A stretch of 64,000 nucleotides of DNA from a virus: the IMG/VR virus record IMGVR_UViG_3300035034_002581. One strand, given 5' to 3'. Under the pieces are notes generated by a model, which was given only the letters and a program-made list of their open reading frames with translations, was not told the origin of the DNA and did no database searches. Shown here one piece after another: positions 45,088 through 55,250 of this stretch (within the stretch, counting starts at the first letter, position 1; the number at the start of each line of letters is the position of its first letter). The position numbers and the translations under genes were made by a program.

Positions 45088-47898
45088 TCATTCTCCATCT
45101 GCAATATCTTTATTAAGTATAGAGATTGCTGACTGAATAGAATTTATTGAAGATCGGAATTTTCCGTATGCGTCAATATTGATCATTTTAAAAGAAGATT
45201 CAAAATTCCCGGACTCGAGCTTATGCGTGAGGCCTACTATGCCGTATATGTTATCTACAGTCGTACCTGTGTCAAGATCTATGAATAATTGTTGCCCGAA
45301 GTTCATAAGCGGGCAACCCATAGTGTCCATTGACAGCTCTGTAGGCAGCATTTGCATAGGTACAATCTCACCATCCACTCCTGGAGCCTGTGACGTGTCA
45401 ATTAATCCAGCTCTCTGCATATGAACAGTGTTCAAAGCTGGATCTTGTAAACTTTGTACTGATATTTGTTTGATATTTGATGTAGAATTACCATATCTGA
45501 TTGTTGGAGCACTTTTTGCTATGAACTTTTTGATTCCTGATGGTGTTGCGGTGTCTGTAAGCTTATATGTGTGACTTCCACGAGTGATTTCTTCAATCAG
45601 GCCTGGTCCACCATCTTCTGTCGGAGTCGATGCAGCTTGCAAGACAGATTTCGCCAACTCAGTTTGCTTAGTCAAGTCTTCAACGTTGCTTCCGGCACTT
45701 GGCTCACCAAAAGTGCCGAGGTTTTTGTCTAACATCGCGTCTAAAAGTTTCTTAAACCCTAAATGTGGAGAAGATTGCTTGTCTGTTATATGAATCTTAA
45801 GAAGAGAAGGTCCGCTGTCACCTACAAATCGCTCTGCAGACTCACTTGATCCCAAAGGAACAGTCTCAATGTACATTGAGATCTCAGGCATCAAAAATTC
45901 ACCATCTGGGATACCAAGAGCCTTCATTCTCTTAGAAATTGATGAGTTTAGAATTGTAATGTCGTCATCTGCGTCTTGTGGGGGCTGCCTTTCACCATTT
46001 TTGAACTTTGTAGTCAAATCGAACTCAATGTTATTAGAAATTCCATAAGCATCGTTAGAAATGTCATCAATAAAGTTATTTGCAACATATTCGACAAATT
46101 CTGACAAGGTAATGTTAAATCTTCCGCGTGATTCGATGTTTTTCTGGAAATTTGTCGAAAAGTCCGATATATCGATTGGGAAAGACCCGATATTTGACGT
46201 TCTCATTGCTCCGGCTCCAGAATTGAAAGAGTAGAACAAGATCTGGACTTCGTCAAACTTTGCAGTTGATGCAAGAGGCTCTCCAACAAACAAAAGCAAC
46301 AATTTAGCAAATGAAACATACCCAGACTCGAGAGGGTTCCCAATTTGATCAAAAAATTGATTCAAATAAAACAATGGAGGATCTATTGTGTCTTTTCCCT
46401 TAATTGCAGCTAGTTTTCTTCTAAAAGAATCATCTAAAGTCGAATTTAACTGTCCAACAGCACCATCTTCACCATCAGTCCCGTCTGTACCGTATAAACC
46501 TACTAAGCTGTCCCTTAAGAGCTTTCCGTCAGACTCTATGTCACCATTTCTTGAGTCAGAAAGGTATTTGTCAATAGCTTTTTTGGCATCTTTACTAAGA
46601 TTCAAGGCTGATGTTGTGTCAGAAGTCGAATCTAAGAGTGTTGTTCCTCTTATTTCTTTAACACTTGCACTTCTCATCGTGTTATTCTTTATGTTTGAAA
46701 TAGCACGTGTTAGATTTTCAATCTGGTTAACGAGATCAGCGGTTTCTTTAGTTTCTGCAATCTTTGAAGTCGAAAAGTCCGTCACACCTTTCATAAAGAG
46801 CTCAACTGTGACGTTTACTTGTCCGCTATCATCGAATGTAAATGAAGAGTTCATTACACCGTACTTTTCACGCGTTCTCATACTGTTAATGAGCAGACCG
46901 TATGCATTATTTCCAGTGTTATCAGGGTGACTCCATCCATATTCAATTAAGAGTTCAACAGCGCTATATAGATCGGGCCTAACTAAGTCAGCAATCTCTC
47001 CAAGTCTTGATCTATCGTGTAAAACTAGTTGAAGCTTAGCTGTTTTGTACGATAACATGCCAAATGTAGGTACAACTTCTAATTCAAAGCTTTTAATTGA
47101 CAAAAATGGGCGAAACTTATCAATAATGGGAGATGATCGATTGCCGATGTTTGTTTCAAATGAGTCATTTCCTGGCACTAGAGTTTGTGGAGAAGTAAAA
47201 ATCTCCATTCCTGCACTCGTAAAGTCACGCTCTCCATCAAGAGTATTTTGTGTGACTGATGAAGCATTAATTATTGCTGCCGACTTCTCAGAAGTTATCG
47301 GATTGTTTCCAACAAGAAACTTATTGATTGACAATCCCTGAAGTTTGCCAGATGAGTCTAGTGGTTTATTCGGTGAAAGCATTTTAATGTCTAAATGAGG
47401 CATCGCACGCGACATTTCAACGGTCGGGATCGCTGTTAAAAAGAGCGCACACGCATCAGAAAATCTAGATGCAGGCGTAATGTTTGCCGGAAGTACCTGA
47501 ATGATAGATACAGATGTTGTGCTTTTGTTTGCGCTTGATCTATGTGTATTGACAACATCACCTGCCATTTCATTGATCGTGCCTTCTTTCCCGGTCTCTT
47601 GTTGGTAGTTAACAACAAGGGGAAGATTACTCCTATCTGCTTCGTACCAAATTAGCAAACTGTTTCCAAGTTCTTTTACATCATTATCGTCAAGCTGCTT
47701 AATGTCTTTGATGATCTCGTCAATTCTCTTTCCGCCTTCAATTACGTTCAAAAAGAAATCAATAGCTTTGTTTGATGCACTGTTATCCCTAGTTGTAGAG
47801 TTTACAGCTTGACGTATAACATCGTCTCGACCTTCGATCTCGTAGTATTTTTTAAGTTGTAAAACAGCTTCAGATAGCTGCTGGAAGTCAAATGCCAT
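45088..47898 (-). CDS. large tail/baseplate structural protein
   Basis: 936 aa. It is placed between the LysM tail protein and the replication module, with no catalytic motif. Confidence 0.35.
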   Translation of the reverse strand: MAFDFQQLSEAVLQLKKYYEIEGRDDVIRQAVNSTTRDNSASNKAIDFFLNVIEGGKRIDEIIKDIKQLDDNDVKELGNSLLIWYEADRSNLPLVVNYQQETGKEGTINEMAGDVVNTHRSSANKSTTSVSIIQVLPANITPASRFSDACALFLTAIPTVEMSRAMPHLDIKMLSPNKPLDSSGKLQGLSINKFLVGNNPITSEKSAAIINASSVTQNTLDGERDFTSAGMEIFTSPQTLVPGNDSFETNIGNRSSPIIDKFRPFLSIKSFELEVVPTFGMLSYKTAKLQLVLHDRSRLGEIADLVRPDLYSAVELLIEYGWSHPDNTGNNAYGLLINSMRTREKYGVMNSSFTFDDSGQVNVTVELFMKGVTDFSTSKIAETKETADLVNQIENLTRAISNIKNNTMRSASVKEIRGTTLLDSTSDTTSALNLSKDAKKAIDKYLSDSRNGDIESDGKLLRDSLVGLYGTDGTDGEDGAVGQLNSTLDDSFRRKLAAIKGKDTIDPPLFYLNQFFDQIGNPLESGYVSFAKLLLLFVGEPLASTAKFDEVQILFYSFNSGAGAMRTSNIGSFPIDISDFSTNFQKNIESRGRFNITLSEFVEYVANNFIDDISNDAYGISNNIEFDLTTKFKNGERQPPQDADDDITILNSSISKRMKALGIPDGEFLMPEISMYIETVPLGSSESAERFVGDSGPSLLKIHITDKQSSPHLGFKKLLDAMLDKNLGTFGEPSAGSNVEDLTKQTELAKSVLQAASTPTEDGGPGLIEEITRGSHTYKLTDTATPSGIKKFIAKSAPTIRYGNSTSNIKQISVQSLQDPALNTVHMQRAGLIDTSQAPGVDGEIVPMQMLPTELSMDTMGCPLMNFGQQLFIDLDTGTTVDNIYGIVGLTHKLESGNFESSFKMINIDAYGKFRSSINSIQSAISILNKDIADGE

Positions 47899-48194
47899 TA
47901 TCCAACAACCTCTGCAACTTCTTCTAGAAGTCTTGGAATCCTAAGTCTAGTCCCAGGAGGTGTTTGAGGTGCCCATCCAATTCCTGACGCGGCTGCGATG
48001 ATCCACCACAAACGAGAATCATTGTATCTCATTCCAGCTATAGTGTCTAGTCTTTCACCCTCTTGCATTATGTAAGTATCAAATGTAATCTGACCTCTCT
48101 CCACAGCTTTGTAAATAGCAGACGTAGCACGTGAAGTACCATACTGCAGTCCACCTTTTATTATTGGTGCTCTATTGTATCTTCTAAATGCCAT
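47898..48194 (-). CDS. LysM-domain tail protein X (P2 gpX-like)
   Basis: QITFDTYIMQEGERLDTIAGMRYNDSRLWWIIAAASGI...PPGTRLRIP is a LysM fold signature. It lies in the baseplate region. Confidence 0.55.
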   Translation of the reverse strand: MAFRRYNRAPIIKGGLQYGTSRATSAIYKAVERGQITFDTYIMQEGERLDTIAGMRYNDSRLWWIIAAASGIGWAPQTPPGTRLRIPRLLEEVAEVVG

Positions 48195-51100
48195 TACTGA
48201 GTTTCCTTAATCCTGCTAACATACTGTGTAAGCTCTAAGAGTGAGTTCTTAACTAAATCATTAAGTGTGTCTTGATCTTTAGAGTCATAGACATCACCAA
48301 AGATGCGACCCATAATAGAACCTACGTTGTAGACAGGTGCTCTGTTAAACCCATCAGCGTCCAGGCCGGGAGCAATATCGTGAATTACGTCAAAGTTCAT
48401 TGTAACGAGGCACCATTGCGGTGCTCTTCTGTTAGCTCCATTTGTCTCCCACGTAGGTTTATACCAATCAAAATTCATACTGGTGATAAATCCAGCAAGG
48501 CCGCGGCCCATAGTAGACTCAAAAGATTTAATAACAACATTATTTTCAGCAGCGAAGAAGCTCTGTGTTTCTTGAACGCTATCTGAGTTCGCATTCCCTA
48601 GTTGATTAAGAATCTCGCCTCTAAGCTCTGAAGCTCCTATCACATACTCAGGATCAATTCTCAAATCGCCGTGTGTAACTTCAAGTTGATTAACTCCATT
48701 TAGCCCATCGACACCACCGTCAGCAAATTGAACTGTATACACTGTTCTAGAAACACTTGAAGTGTTAAGTCGAGAAGAGTTTAGGCTCTTAGTTTCTTTC
48801 TTAATGACCACCACCGGCAAATCAGCGGGTAACTTTACTCTTCTACGAGATTGCTTTTTCTTAAAAAATCCCGCTACATCTGGTATGTCAGCTTCAAAGT
48901 AGCCATGACCTCTTGATGCTTTTAGAATTGCTTGTTCACTGACTTCAAACCCACCGTTAGTTGTATCGGGATCTTGTGACATCCTCTTAATTAGATTACG
49001 TGCTCTATTTACATAGATTTCAATATCAGAAGATAGTTCAAAATCGTTTTGATTCTGTCCAGAACTAAATCCGCGCCTTCCAAGACCAAACAAACGAGCA
49101 ATGTTAAACTTACTGTAGTTTGATTTGATTAAGTCACCGATTCTCATCCTAATCATTGGAGACGCTGTCGGAATCTGTGAGAAAGGCTGAGTAAAGGACT
49201 CTCCGGTAGCATCATTTGTAAGCCTTCTACCTGGACTCCACTGTGGATATAAGAGTGTGATAAGCTTGTTAACACGCCACCATAGTGCATCAAAGTCTTC
49301 TTCTGATGTAGATGCTACGTGGAATGATAGCGAGATTGTTCGCTTCGTCTTCTTGTACGTTTTAACTGAATCAATCCTACCGTAACTGTCTGTGTCAACA
49401 TATTCAGGTGCATAATCTTCAGTGAGCGATCCTAAAAATGCGTGAAACGATGTAATCTCATTTGTTCTCAAGTCATGAAAGTAAAAAGGAACGTACTCAG
49501 ACTCAAGAGCATCTTCCATCGCTCTGACATCATCACCTGAAATCCTGTTGACTTCAGAAAGTTTAAACTTTCCGGATTGATAATCTCCGACAGTACCTTC
49601 AAGAAGTCTCGTATTACCACCCAGTAAAGTATCAGCTGCTATGACGCTCGCAGGCAAGATATACATTGCAGGCGCCGATGAGGCTCTCCAGGCAAGTGAA
49701 AGCTTAGACGTGCCGTCTTTACTTCTATTTTTCATTACTCTGGTGACAGGTCGATCAGGTAGTGCATCAACATACGATGCGATATTCTTTTGACCAACAC
49801 TCACATTAAATCCGAGCTGCTCATGCTTTATTACAAGGTCACCGATTCCTGCCATTACATTGTAAAATGATATGATCTTTGAGCTTCGAATAATGTCGAT
49901 AAGACCGATTACAGACTGCACACCTTCGGATACAGAGTCAAAGCCAACATCCCTTGAACCATTAGTGATTGTGTTAAGGCTTCTTAGAACGTTCCTTCCA
50001 AGTACAGCATAGTATCCTGGTGACTGCGCAATATTGATTAGAGTGCTTTTTGATGCTCCAGTGATATTATCCCCGTCAAACCCAAAAAAAACGTTTGTGC
50101 CACGCCTTGCAGCTTCAAAGAAGTCGTTCTCTGTATTTATGAGGCCGAGACCTGCAGGTCCGACTAATGCACCGAGAATACCGTCTGCTCCAGGGCGCCC
50201 ATACTCGCCAAGCACATATGGTCCAGGTTCTAGTCGAACGCCGCTGTTGTTATTGCTTGCAATGAGATCTAGCATTCTAAGCACTGTCTCTGATCCCGTG
50301 ATTAGCGCTACAACTTGTGCTGCTGCGAGAGATACCATTGAGACTGGTGCAAAGCCACTGAATGGTTCCAAGTGGTTGTTTAACTGACCGTATGAATAGA
50401 AGTCAGGATCTTGGTCGCCGCCATTGAGTTCTGATGGTAGACTCGTTCTTTCGACGTCATTTGATGCAAATGCTTCACGAACGTTCATTTCTGTCCGAGA
50501 AAGTCGGTTGACGCCGAGCTGAACTCCTGTTGGTCTTAGGCCAGTAACGTTACTTGGATCTTTTGATCCGTCTGAGTCGCCTGTTGCCATTAGCATTAAG
50601 CTTAGGGCTTGTTTTGAAAGCTTATCAAATGAAATTTCTACGCCGCCTTCCGAGACACCCACAGTGTCTCTAATGATTGCTGCAACAGACGGCACCTCTC
50701 CTTCATCCACATATGGTGTTGCGCCAGGTGTTGGGTTAAATCTATTACTTCTTAGCACTTGTGAAATCTGTTTCTCAATTACTGTGTCACCATCCACAGA
50801 TGTACGAAGAATTGAGCCGTCAAGTGTGTCTTCTCCGGTAATACTTGACAACAAAGAGTTCCCAGTTTCTTTATTACTACTATCTGGCGTCTTTCCTTTT
50901 GCAAGATAGTCTGATGTCTTAAAGTCTGGAGAATTCCGATCTAGAAAGTTATGAACCCAACCTGCAAGATCATTTGTAAAGAGTGCATCATTTGTGTCAC
51001 CGGTTCTAATTGCTGATGGGTATCCTCCCTCATCTGTCATCTTAATCTCTGATGAGCCTGCATCAATAACGTATGCATTTTTAGCCTCAGCAGTCACACA

Positions 51101-51262
51101 GTTTAAGTAGTCACCCATTGTCTTTTTAATAACTTGTTTTAAGTCATCAACACCTGGATTAAACCCATCACCTTCTTGGTCGTCTACAATATAGGCAACT
51201 TCTTCGTCTTGCTTAGGTTCTTGTGCCAACCTTGCATTTATGACGTCTTCTCTGTTACCCAT
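48194..51262 (-). CDS. large baseplate/tail hub-like structural protein
   Basis: 1022 aa, immediately downstream of the tape measure and upstream of tail protein X. It contains a T8 homopolymer in frame (~50084..50091). Confidence 0.35.
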   Translation of the reverse strand: MGNREDVINARLAQEPKQDEEVAYIVDDQEGDGFNPGVDDLKQVIKKTMGDYLNCVTAEAKNAYVIDAGSSEIKMTDEGGYPSAIRTGDTNDALFTNDLAGWVHNFLDRNSPDFKTSDYLAKGKTPDSSNKETGNSLLSSITGEDTLDGSILRTSVDGDTVIEKQISQVLRSNRFNPTPGATPYVDEGEVPSVAAIIRDTVGVSEGGVEISFDKLSKQALSLMLMATGDSDGSKDPSNVTGLRPTGVQLGVNRLSRTEMNVREAFASNDVERTSLPSELNGGDQDPDFYSYGQLNNHLEPFSGFAPVSMVSLAAAQVVALITGSETVLRMLDLIASNNNSGVRLEPGPYVLGEYGRPGADGILGALVGPAGLGLINTENDFFEAARRGTNVFFGFDGDNITGASKSTLINIAQSPGYYAVLGRNVLRSLNTITNGSRDVGFDSVSEGVQSVIGLIDIIRSSKIISFYNVMAGIGDLVIKHEQLGFNVSVGQKNIASYVDALPDRPVTRVMKNRSKDGTSKLSLAWRASSAPAMYILPASVIAADTLLGGNTRLLEGTVGDYQSGKFKLSEVNRISGDDVRAMEDALESEYVPFYFHDLRTNEITSFHAFLGSLTEDYAPEYVDTDSYGRIDSVKTYKKTKRTISLSFHVASTSEEDFDALWWRVNKLITLLYPQWSPGRRLTNDATGESFTQPFSQIPTASPMIRMRIGDLIKSNYSKFNIARLFGLGRRGFSSGQNQNDFELSSDIEIYVNRARNLIKRMSQDPDTTNGGFEVSEQAILKASRGHGYFEADIPDVAGFFKKKQSRRRVKLPADLPVVVIKKETKSLNSSRLNTSSVSRTVYTVQFADGGVDGLNGVNQLEVTHGDLRIDPEYVIGASELRGEILNQLGNANSDSVQETQSFFAAENNVVIKSFESTMGRGLAGFITSMNFDWYKPTWETNGANRRAPQWCLVTMNFDVIHDIAPGLDADGFNRAPVYNVGSIMGRIFGDVYDSKDQDTLNDLVKNSLLELTQYVSRIKETQ

Positions 51263-51264
51263 AT

Positions 51265-51507
51265 TTACTGTCCTTTCTTAGTAGAATCATCACCGTTAAT
51301 AGTATCTATGATACCAGTCCGAAACTCAGCTGCTTTGTCTGGATCCTGCATGATCATAAATAGACCATTTGCGAACTCCTCGAAGAAATCAGTAATCTTT
51401 GCAACTGACGCTTCGATTTCATGACAATCCTTTTCGTCAGCGTTTTCTAAAGCTGACTTGTATGCTTTGCTATTCTTTACTTTTTCGAGTAGTACTTTTT
51501 TGCTCAT
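51265..51507 (-). CDS. hypothetical protein
   Basis: 80-aa ORF between the tape measure and the baseplate protein. Confidence 0.3.
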   Translation of the reverse strand: MSKKVLLEKVKNSKAYKSALENADEKDCHEIEASVAKITDFFEEFANGLFMIMQDPDKAAEFRTGIIDTINGDDSTKKGQ

Positions 51508-51510
51508 GTA

Positions 51511-54500
51511 TCACTTCGGCATTATTTTATTAGTTTCTAGAAGCACAGACGCTAGTTTATCAGACTCAAGTGTAACAGTCAAGTTAAGAGTCAAGTTAAC
51601 TCCTGGTGTCTCTATCTTAAGCTTATTATCTTTGATGCCTAAAACTTTTCCAATCTTTTCAAGGTTAATAGGCACATCGAGATCTGGGATGTCACCTAGA
51701 GATTTGTTGATAGAGCTAACGTCTGCTAGTACATTTGATATTGCTGACGCTGATGATCCTAGCACAGAGTTCATAATACTTTCGCTGTCTATTGCTCCGC
51801 TTATTATACTCGGTGCATCCATCAAAGTGCTTGACAGACCCTTTGTTACACCCAATCCGATGTTTTGGCCGATGTCTCTTTCAAACATCTTCGATGGCGA
51901 CGCAATACCCAAAAATGATTTAATTCCGTCTACGCTCGTTGAAAATGTTGCCATGAAGCCCTTCTTCATACCTGACATTCCCTTAAGCAAACCCGCCACT
52001 AAGTCTGTTCCAAATTCAGTAAACTTTAGTATAACCGGAGAGAAAACCTTATCATACAGATTGTTAAACAACGCGTCTTTCATACCATCCATTAGAGACA
52101 AAGCTAATGTGCCTGCGACAGCAATCAAACCTACAGATGTTTCAAGGAGTGTAAGCGTTTGGAGAAGCGCAGCTTCAAGATAAGTCATAAACAAGTTATC
52201 ACCGCTTTCATTTTCTGCAGTGAATGCATTGAATAGACCGGTAATTATCTTTGAACCAACTTCTGACGCCTTCTTAGACATAAAGACTATCATTTCGTCA
52301 GAGAAGAGATAGCTGTTGAGTTCACCTAACATCTTAGTTACACTTTTACCTGATGAGATAATGCTTTTAAATAGTGAATCTACAATTGCGTATCCCGTGT
52401 CACGTAAAGATTGCTGTAACTCAGAGTTGTTTTGGAATCCTTCAATAGACTTCTTTAAAGAGTTCCACATAGAAGACGTAAACTTACTCATTGATGCCAT
52501 CATTGAAGAGCTTTTCTTTGAGTTGTTGCTAATTATGTCGGGTATGCTCTGTACGAACCTAACAACTTCGGGTTTTGCTTTTTCGTACAAACTATTAAAA
52601 GCGAACTTTAAGGCTTTGAACATTATGTTCGCCGAGCTTTTAATAAATCCAACAACCTTATCACCAGACTCAATCAGTGCGTTATACATTGTAGTGTAAG
52701 GACCAGCTTCACCTTCAGCAAAATCTACAAGCTCACCCTTCTTGTTTACTTTCTTGTCTAATATACCAAACGATGTTTTAAGTCCCGTCCAGAAGCCATT
52801 AGCAACTTCATCAAAGTTGGCACCGCTGCCGAGACCAAAAAACAGAGTAGTGAAAACTGCTTCAATAGACGCCTTAAACTTTTCATATTTCGCCGGATCA
52901 AACAATTGATTGAATCCTTCTGCAAACTTTTCAACTCCAGGGAAAGCTCGCATGAATGTTTTTCCAATTGTCATTCCAGCAAAGTGAACAAGATCAAGCG
53001 ATTTGTGTAGATTGCTTAGCATTGTCATGAATGGACCTGATACTTTGATTCCATTCTGAAACCCTGAGATAAACGTGTCAAAGAAGCTCTCGTGTTCAAA
53101 TACACGCACAATCCTCTGAATGTTATCTGCCATCATTGCCAATGTCTCGTTCATTCTCTCTTGAGGATCAGCTTTCTTAGCTTGCTTTCGAATATCTTCC
53201 ATGGACTTTCCACGGTTCTTCATTGAAAACGCAAGACGTGCCTCTTCTTCTGAGAGACCTGACGTTGATGCTAGAAGTCTTAGCTCTGCTGTTGACATCT
53301 TTGAGGCGTCACGACCAGCTGAAAACATCGAGTTTCTGAGTTGATCCAAGACTTTGCCGCCGCCTTTGGCAGCACCGTTCATGAGTTGCAAAGTGTCAAG
53401 GTTGACACCAAAAGACTGTGACAGCATTGACGCACTTTTAGCAGCATCTTCAAAGTTCAAGAATTTATCTGACAGCTTTCCAAGCACTTCGACTTCTAAG
53501 CCAAGTGATCTAGCTCGCATAGCAGCGGTCGTAAGTGTTTCAATGGTGTTATTACCAAAGTCCTTGACATTAGACACCATTTTTGTTAGGTCTTGAGCTA
53601 TCTGTTTACTTGACACATTGAATGCTTTTTCCATCTGTGTTGCATATGCAGATACTTCATTCAATGTGTCACCAAGTGTGTTCCCCATTGACTTTGACAA
53701 CATTGCTAGGGATTTTGTCTGTTCACCCGAAAGACCCATACCTTTTGTCAGTGTAACAAATTCGGCACCTAATGCCTGAATCTCAGGACCGAAAGTATCA
53801 ATCAGAGATCCCATACCGCTAAACTGCTTAGAAAAGTAATTAATTGCGTCAGCTGAGTCTGTAAAGACGCTGTGGAAGTTAAGGCCCGAGATGATACCCA
53901 TGCCGTTTCTGGCACCTTCTAAGGCACCTCCGAGCGCTTTTCCTGCAACGTTTTCTAGGTTACCAAGCTCTCCTCTAAAAGACTCGTAAGCCTCGGTTAC
54001 GTGCTTCCATGCTTTCGCCTGTTCATTAGACAGTTTAATCATATTGCTGAATATACTGAATGGGATTGATATAATCGCAGCACTCATTCTGTAAATTGAG
54101 CTTCCTGCTTGTTTCATGATCCCGACAAACGAAGAACCTAACTCTTTAATCAAGGTAAACCCCTTAGACGCTACAGCAAAGAATCCTGTAAAAAGCCTCG
54201 TCGGGACAAACTTTCCCATACCCTTAAGCAATGTAGAAGCCGCGCCGATTAGATCACCTTGATTGAGGAGTTGATCGCCCGCAGATCTCAGCGTATCTGT
54301 AATCGTATTATATGTGTCGTCTACCTCTTTACCCATTTCACGAAAGCTATTAGCAAGATCTAATGCATTTTTAGCAGAATCAGTCGCAGAAGAACCACCA
54401 GAGACAGCTTTTTTAATACCCTCTGCAGTTGCAAGTTGTCCTTGTAGAACAGTCTGTTGCTGCTGCAAAGTATCCAGAATTTCTTTTTGGAGCTTAGCAA

Positions 54501-54543
54501 ACTGTGCAGCAAACTGCTGAAATTGGGAAATACTGTCTGCCAT
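51511..54543 (-). CDS. tail tape measure protein
   Basis: 1010 aa. It is Ala/Gly/Ser/Leu-rich and helical with repeated GxxxG-like segments. Its position, downstream of the tube/chaperone genes and upstream of the baseplate, fits. Confidence 0.55.
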   Translation of the reverse strand: MADSISQFQQFAAQFAKLQKEILDTLQQQQTVLQGQLATAEGIKKAVSGGSSATDSAKNALDLANSFREMGKEVDDTYNTITDTLRSAGDQLLNQGDLIGAASTLLKGMGKFVPTRLFTGFFAVASKGFTLIKELGSSFVGIMKQAGSSIYRMSAAIISIPFSIFSNMIKLSNEQAKAWKHVTEAYESFRGELGNLENVAGKALGGALEGARNGMGIISGLNFHSVFTDSADAINYFSKQFSGMGSLIDTFGPEIQALGAEFVTLTKGMGLSGEQTKSLAMLSKSMGNTLGDTLNEVSAYATQMEKAFNVSSKQIAQDLTKMVSNVKDFGNNTIETLTTAAMRARSLGLEVEVLGKLSDKFLNFEDAAKSASMLSQSFGVNLDTLQLMNGAAKGGGKVLDQLRNSMFSAGRDASKMSTAELRLLASTSGLSEEEARLAFSMKNRGKSMEDIRKQAKKADPQERMNETLAMMADNIQRIVRVFEHESFFDTFISGFQNGIKVSGPFMTMLSNLHKSLDLVHFAGMTIGKTFMRAFPGVEKFAEGFNQLFDPAKYEKFKASIEAVFTTLFFGLGSGANFDEVANGFWTGLKTSFGILDKKVNKKGELVDFAEGEAGPYTTMYNALIESGDKVVGFIKSSANIMFKALKFAFNSLYEKAKPEVVRFVQSIPDIISNNSKKSSSMMASMSKFTSSMWNSLKKSIEGFQNNSELQQSLRDTGYAIVDSLFKSIISSGKSVTKMLGELNSYLFSDEMIVFMSKKASEVGSKIITGLFNAFTAENESGDNLFMTYLEAALLQTLTLLETSVGLIAVAGTLALSLMDGMKDALFNNLYDKVFSPVILKFTEFGTDLVAGLLKGMSGMKKGFMATFSTSVDGIKSFLGIASPSKMFERDIGQNIGLGVTKGLSSTLMDAPSIISGAIDSESIMNSVLGSSASAISNVLADVSSINKSLGDIPDLDVPINLEKIGKVLGIKDNKLKIETPGVNLTLNLTVTLESDKLASVLLETNKIMPK

Positions 54544-54607
54544 TTTTCGTCAAATCCTCAAATCAAATCTTACGTCTATACTTATGTACCTCTTCAAAAG
54601 GCAAAAC

Positions 54608-54859
54608 TTAAAGCGGCCAAGGATACCCTAGCGTAGATTCAAATTTTCTTGCAGCCGATTTCTTTTCTTCAAGGCACTCCAAGACTTCGTCTAGCTTAAC
54701 GCCTTCTTTAATCAATGTATCTCTAAAGCGTCGAGAAGCTCTTAGTGCTTCACCGATTACTGCAATTTCCTTCTCTGTTCCTTTGACTTTTACATTAGTC
54801 GACTTTCTAGAAACCCATGCAGCAAATCCTGCATTCAAAAGTTGCAACTTATCAGACAT
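54608..54859 (-). CDS. hypothetical protein
   Basis: 83-aa ORF just upstream of the tape measure. Confidence 0.3.
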   Translation of the reverse strand: MSDKLQLLNAGFAAWVSRKSTNVKVKGTEKEIAVIGEALRASRRFRDTLIKEGVKLDEVLECLEEKKSAARKFESTLGYPWPL

Positions 54860-54929
54860 AACTTGACCTCCATACTAAAAAACAGGGACAGAATGCCCCT
54901 GTTATATCTAGGAAAGTTTTTAGCTTTTA

Positions 54930-55250
54930 TTATGTGAATCTGGTCATTTTAGATGGAACAAACTGTCTGTCCCTTCCCTGCAAATTCCTGAGTTGAGGCG
55001 AATTGTGATGAGCACCTCTCGACTCTCCATTCCCTTCGTCATTTGATTTTGCAAATTCCTTGTTGATTCTACGTATAAACCAAAGACGATAAGAAATCGG
55101 AAGTTTTCGCGCTTCACTGTATGAGAATCCGCCATAGTACATCAATACAAAGCAGTGCTCAAGTGTGTTCTCTCTATACGCGCTGCTATTTTCAGGAGTC
55201 AGGCCAAAAAAACTTGGCCCCAAGGGGCATGTTAACCTCCTGTTGTTCAC
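54930..55250 (-). CDS. +1-frame ORF overlapping the 3' end of the upstream 280-aa ORF (candidate frameshift extension, tail assembly chaperone-like arrangement)
   Basis: It overlaps 55192..56034 by 59 nt. It is in the +1 frame relative to that ORF, and the overlap contains an A/T7 tract at ~55206..55212. Confidence 0.3.
   Translation of the reverse strand: MNNRRLTCPLGPSFFGLTPENSSAYRENTLEHCFVLMYYGGFSYSEARKLPISYRLWFIRRINKEFAKSNDEGNGESRGAHHNSPQLRNLQGRDRQFVPSKMTRFT

Noticed and set aside
51458-52183. 241-aa plus-strand ORF, and similar plus-strand ORFs at 55121..55837, 46388..46930, 50034..50387 and 23325..23732
   Set aside because: All lie antisense inside long, well-supported minus-strand genes, or for 23325..23732 inside the structured noncoding segment. 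They have low-complexity S/L/F-rich composition typical of shadow ORFs. No plus-strand gene in the window has any motif support.
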